Shown in pieces: positions 63,422 through 64,000 of a stretch of 64,000 bases of DNA (positions are counted from its first letter, which is position 1; every line of letters starts with the position of its first letter). Source of the DNA: Octopus vulgaris. Taxonomy: Eukaryota. The stretch lies in contig OX597814.1 in the NCBI GenBank assembly GCA_951406725.2, positions 219,604,001 through 219,668,000 on the forward strand, read 5' to 3'. The notes beneath the pieces are model-generated. The model saw nothing but the letters and a program-made list of their open reading frames with translations. It was not told where the DNA came from and searched no databases. Both the position numbers and the translations under genes were made by a program.

Positions 63422-63785
63422 ATCATCATTTTCATGTAATGTCCACTTGTCTATGCTTGCATGGGTCAGATGGAATTTGTTGAAACAGATTTTTTATGGC
63501 TGAGTGCCCTCTCTGTCACCAGCCCTTACCTGTTTCCAAATAAGGAAATATTTTCCCCATCGTTAGGCATGTTCTTCATGGAAGACTGGAAACAAATAAC
63601 CTTATTTGTATGATGGTGATGCTCATTTACAACCATCATATGATAGCTAGACCAGGGTTTGACAGGCTAAGTTCAGATCTACACGTGTTGTTTTGTTTGA
63701 CCTGGACCTATAGCAGAAGATGCCCAGTGTGCTGCCCTTTGAGGCTGAACTCAAATTTGTCAACCTCACAGCCATGCCGCCTGCA
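63422..63785 (-). mobile_element. Old SINE: A head remnant with C-type tail
   Basis: tgcttgcatgggtcagatgg, ttacctgtttccaa, ggaagactgga, ctatagcagaaga. Confidence 0.6.
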
Positions 63786-64000
63786 ACTCTGAGTTGCAAT
63801 TACAGAGTCAACAAGGGGCCAGTTATATATTTAGTTTGTAGCATTGCAATTTGGTTCACTTGGACCCTCTGAGGTAAATTTTTGACTAATGATGAGGGCT
63901 TTCAGTTTAGTTTTAATGTGAAAATGATACCAAATTAATTGATTTTTTAAATGTTCTTACATTTCCATTGTAGTTGACATACTTCAGTGGTGTCTTTCTT

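Overview
AT-rich, repeat-dense eukaryotic DNA with no supportable host protein-coding gene, most likely intronic or intergenic. The repeat repertoire looks like an Octopus/cephalopod genome (inferred from memory, not searched). Almost all listed ORFs are artefacts of SINEs, microsatellites or a satellite. The family labels A-E are my own. Contents: several tRNA-headed SINE families (A, B, D, E) that swap heads and tails; a (GAT)n-tailed RTE-type non-autonomous family (C) with internal 62-67 bp tandem structured units; non-autonomous Helitrons; TTAA piggyBac-like MITEs; three retroelement fossils (CR1/L2-type RT at 8.9-9.8 kb, RTE C-terminus at 21.2 kb, Penelope-like RT/GIY-YIG at 48.0-49.1 kb); a 1.7-kb 30-bp satellite and an 8x31-bp array. 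The most interesting candidates are (i) two inverted-repeat elements carrying minimal hammerhead-ribozyme motifs, one with a tRNA-derived head that suggests a Penelope-mobilised SINE, and (ii) the family C unit, a hairpin/pseudoknot module with partial pistol-ribozyme-like features at which two independent copies start on the same nucleotide.
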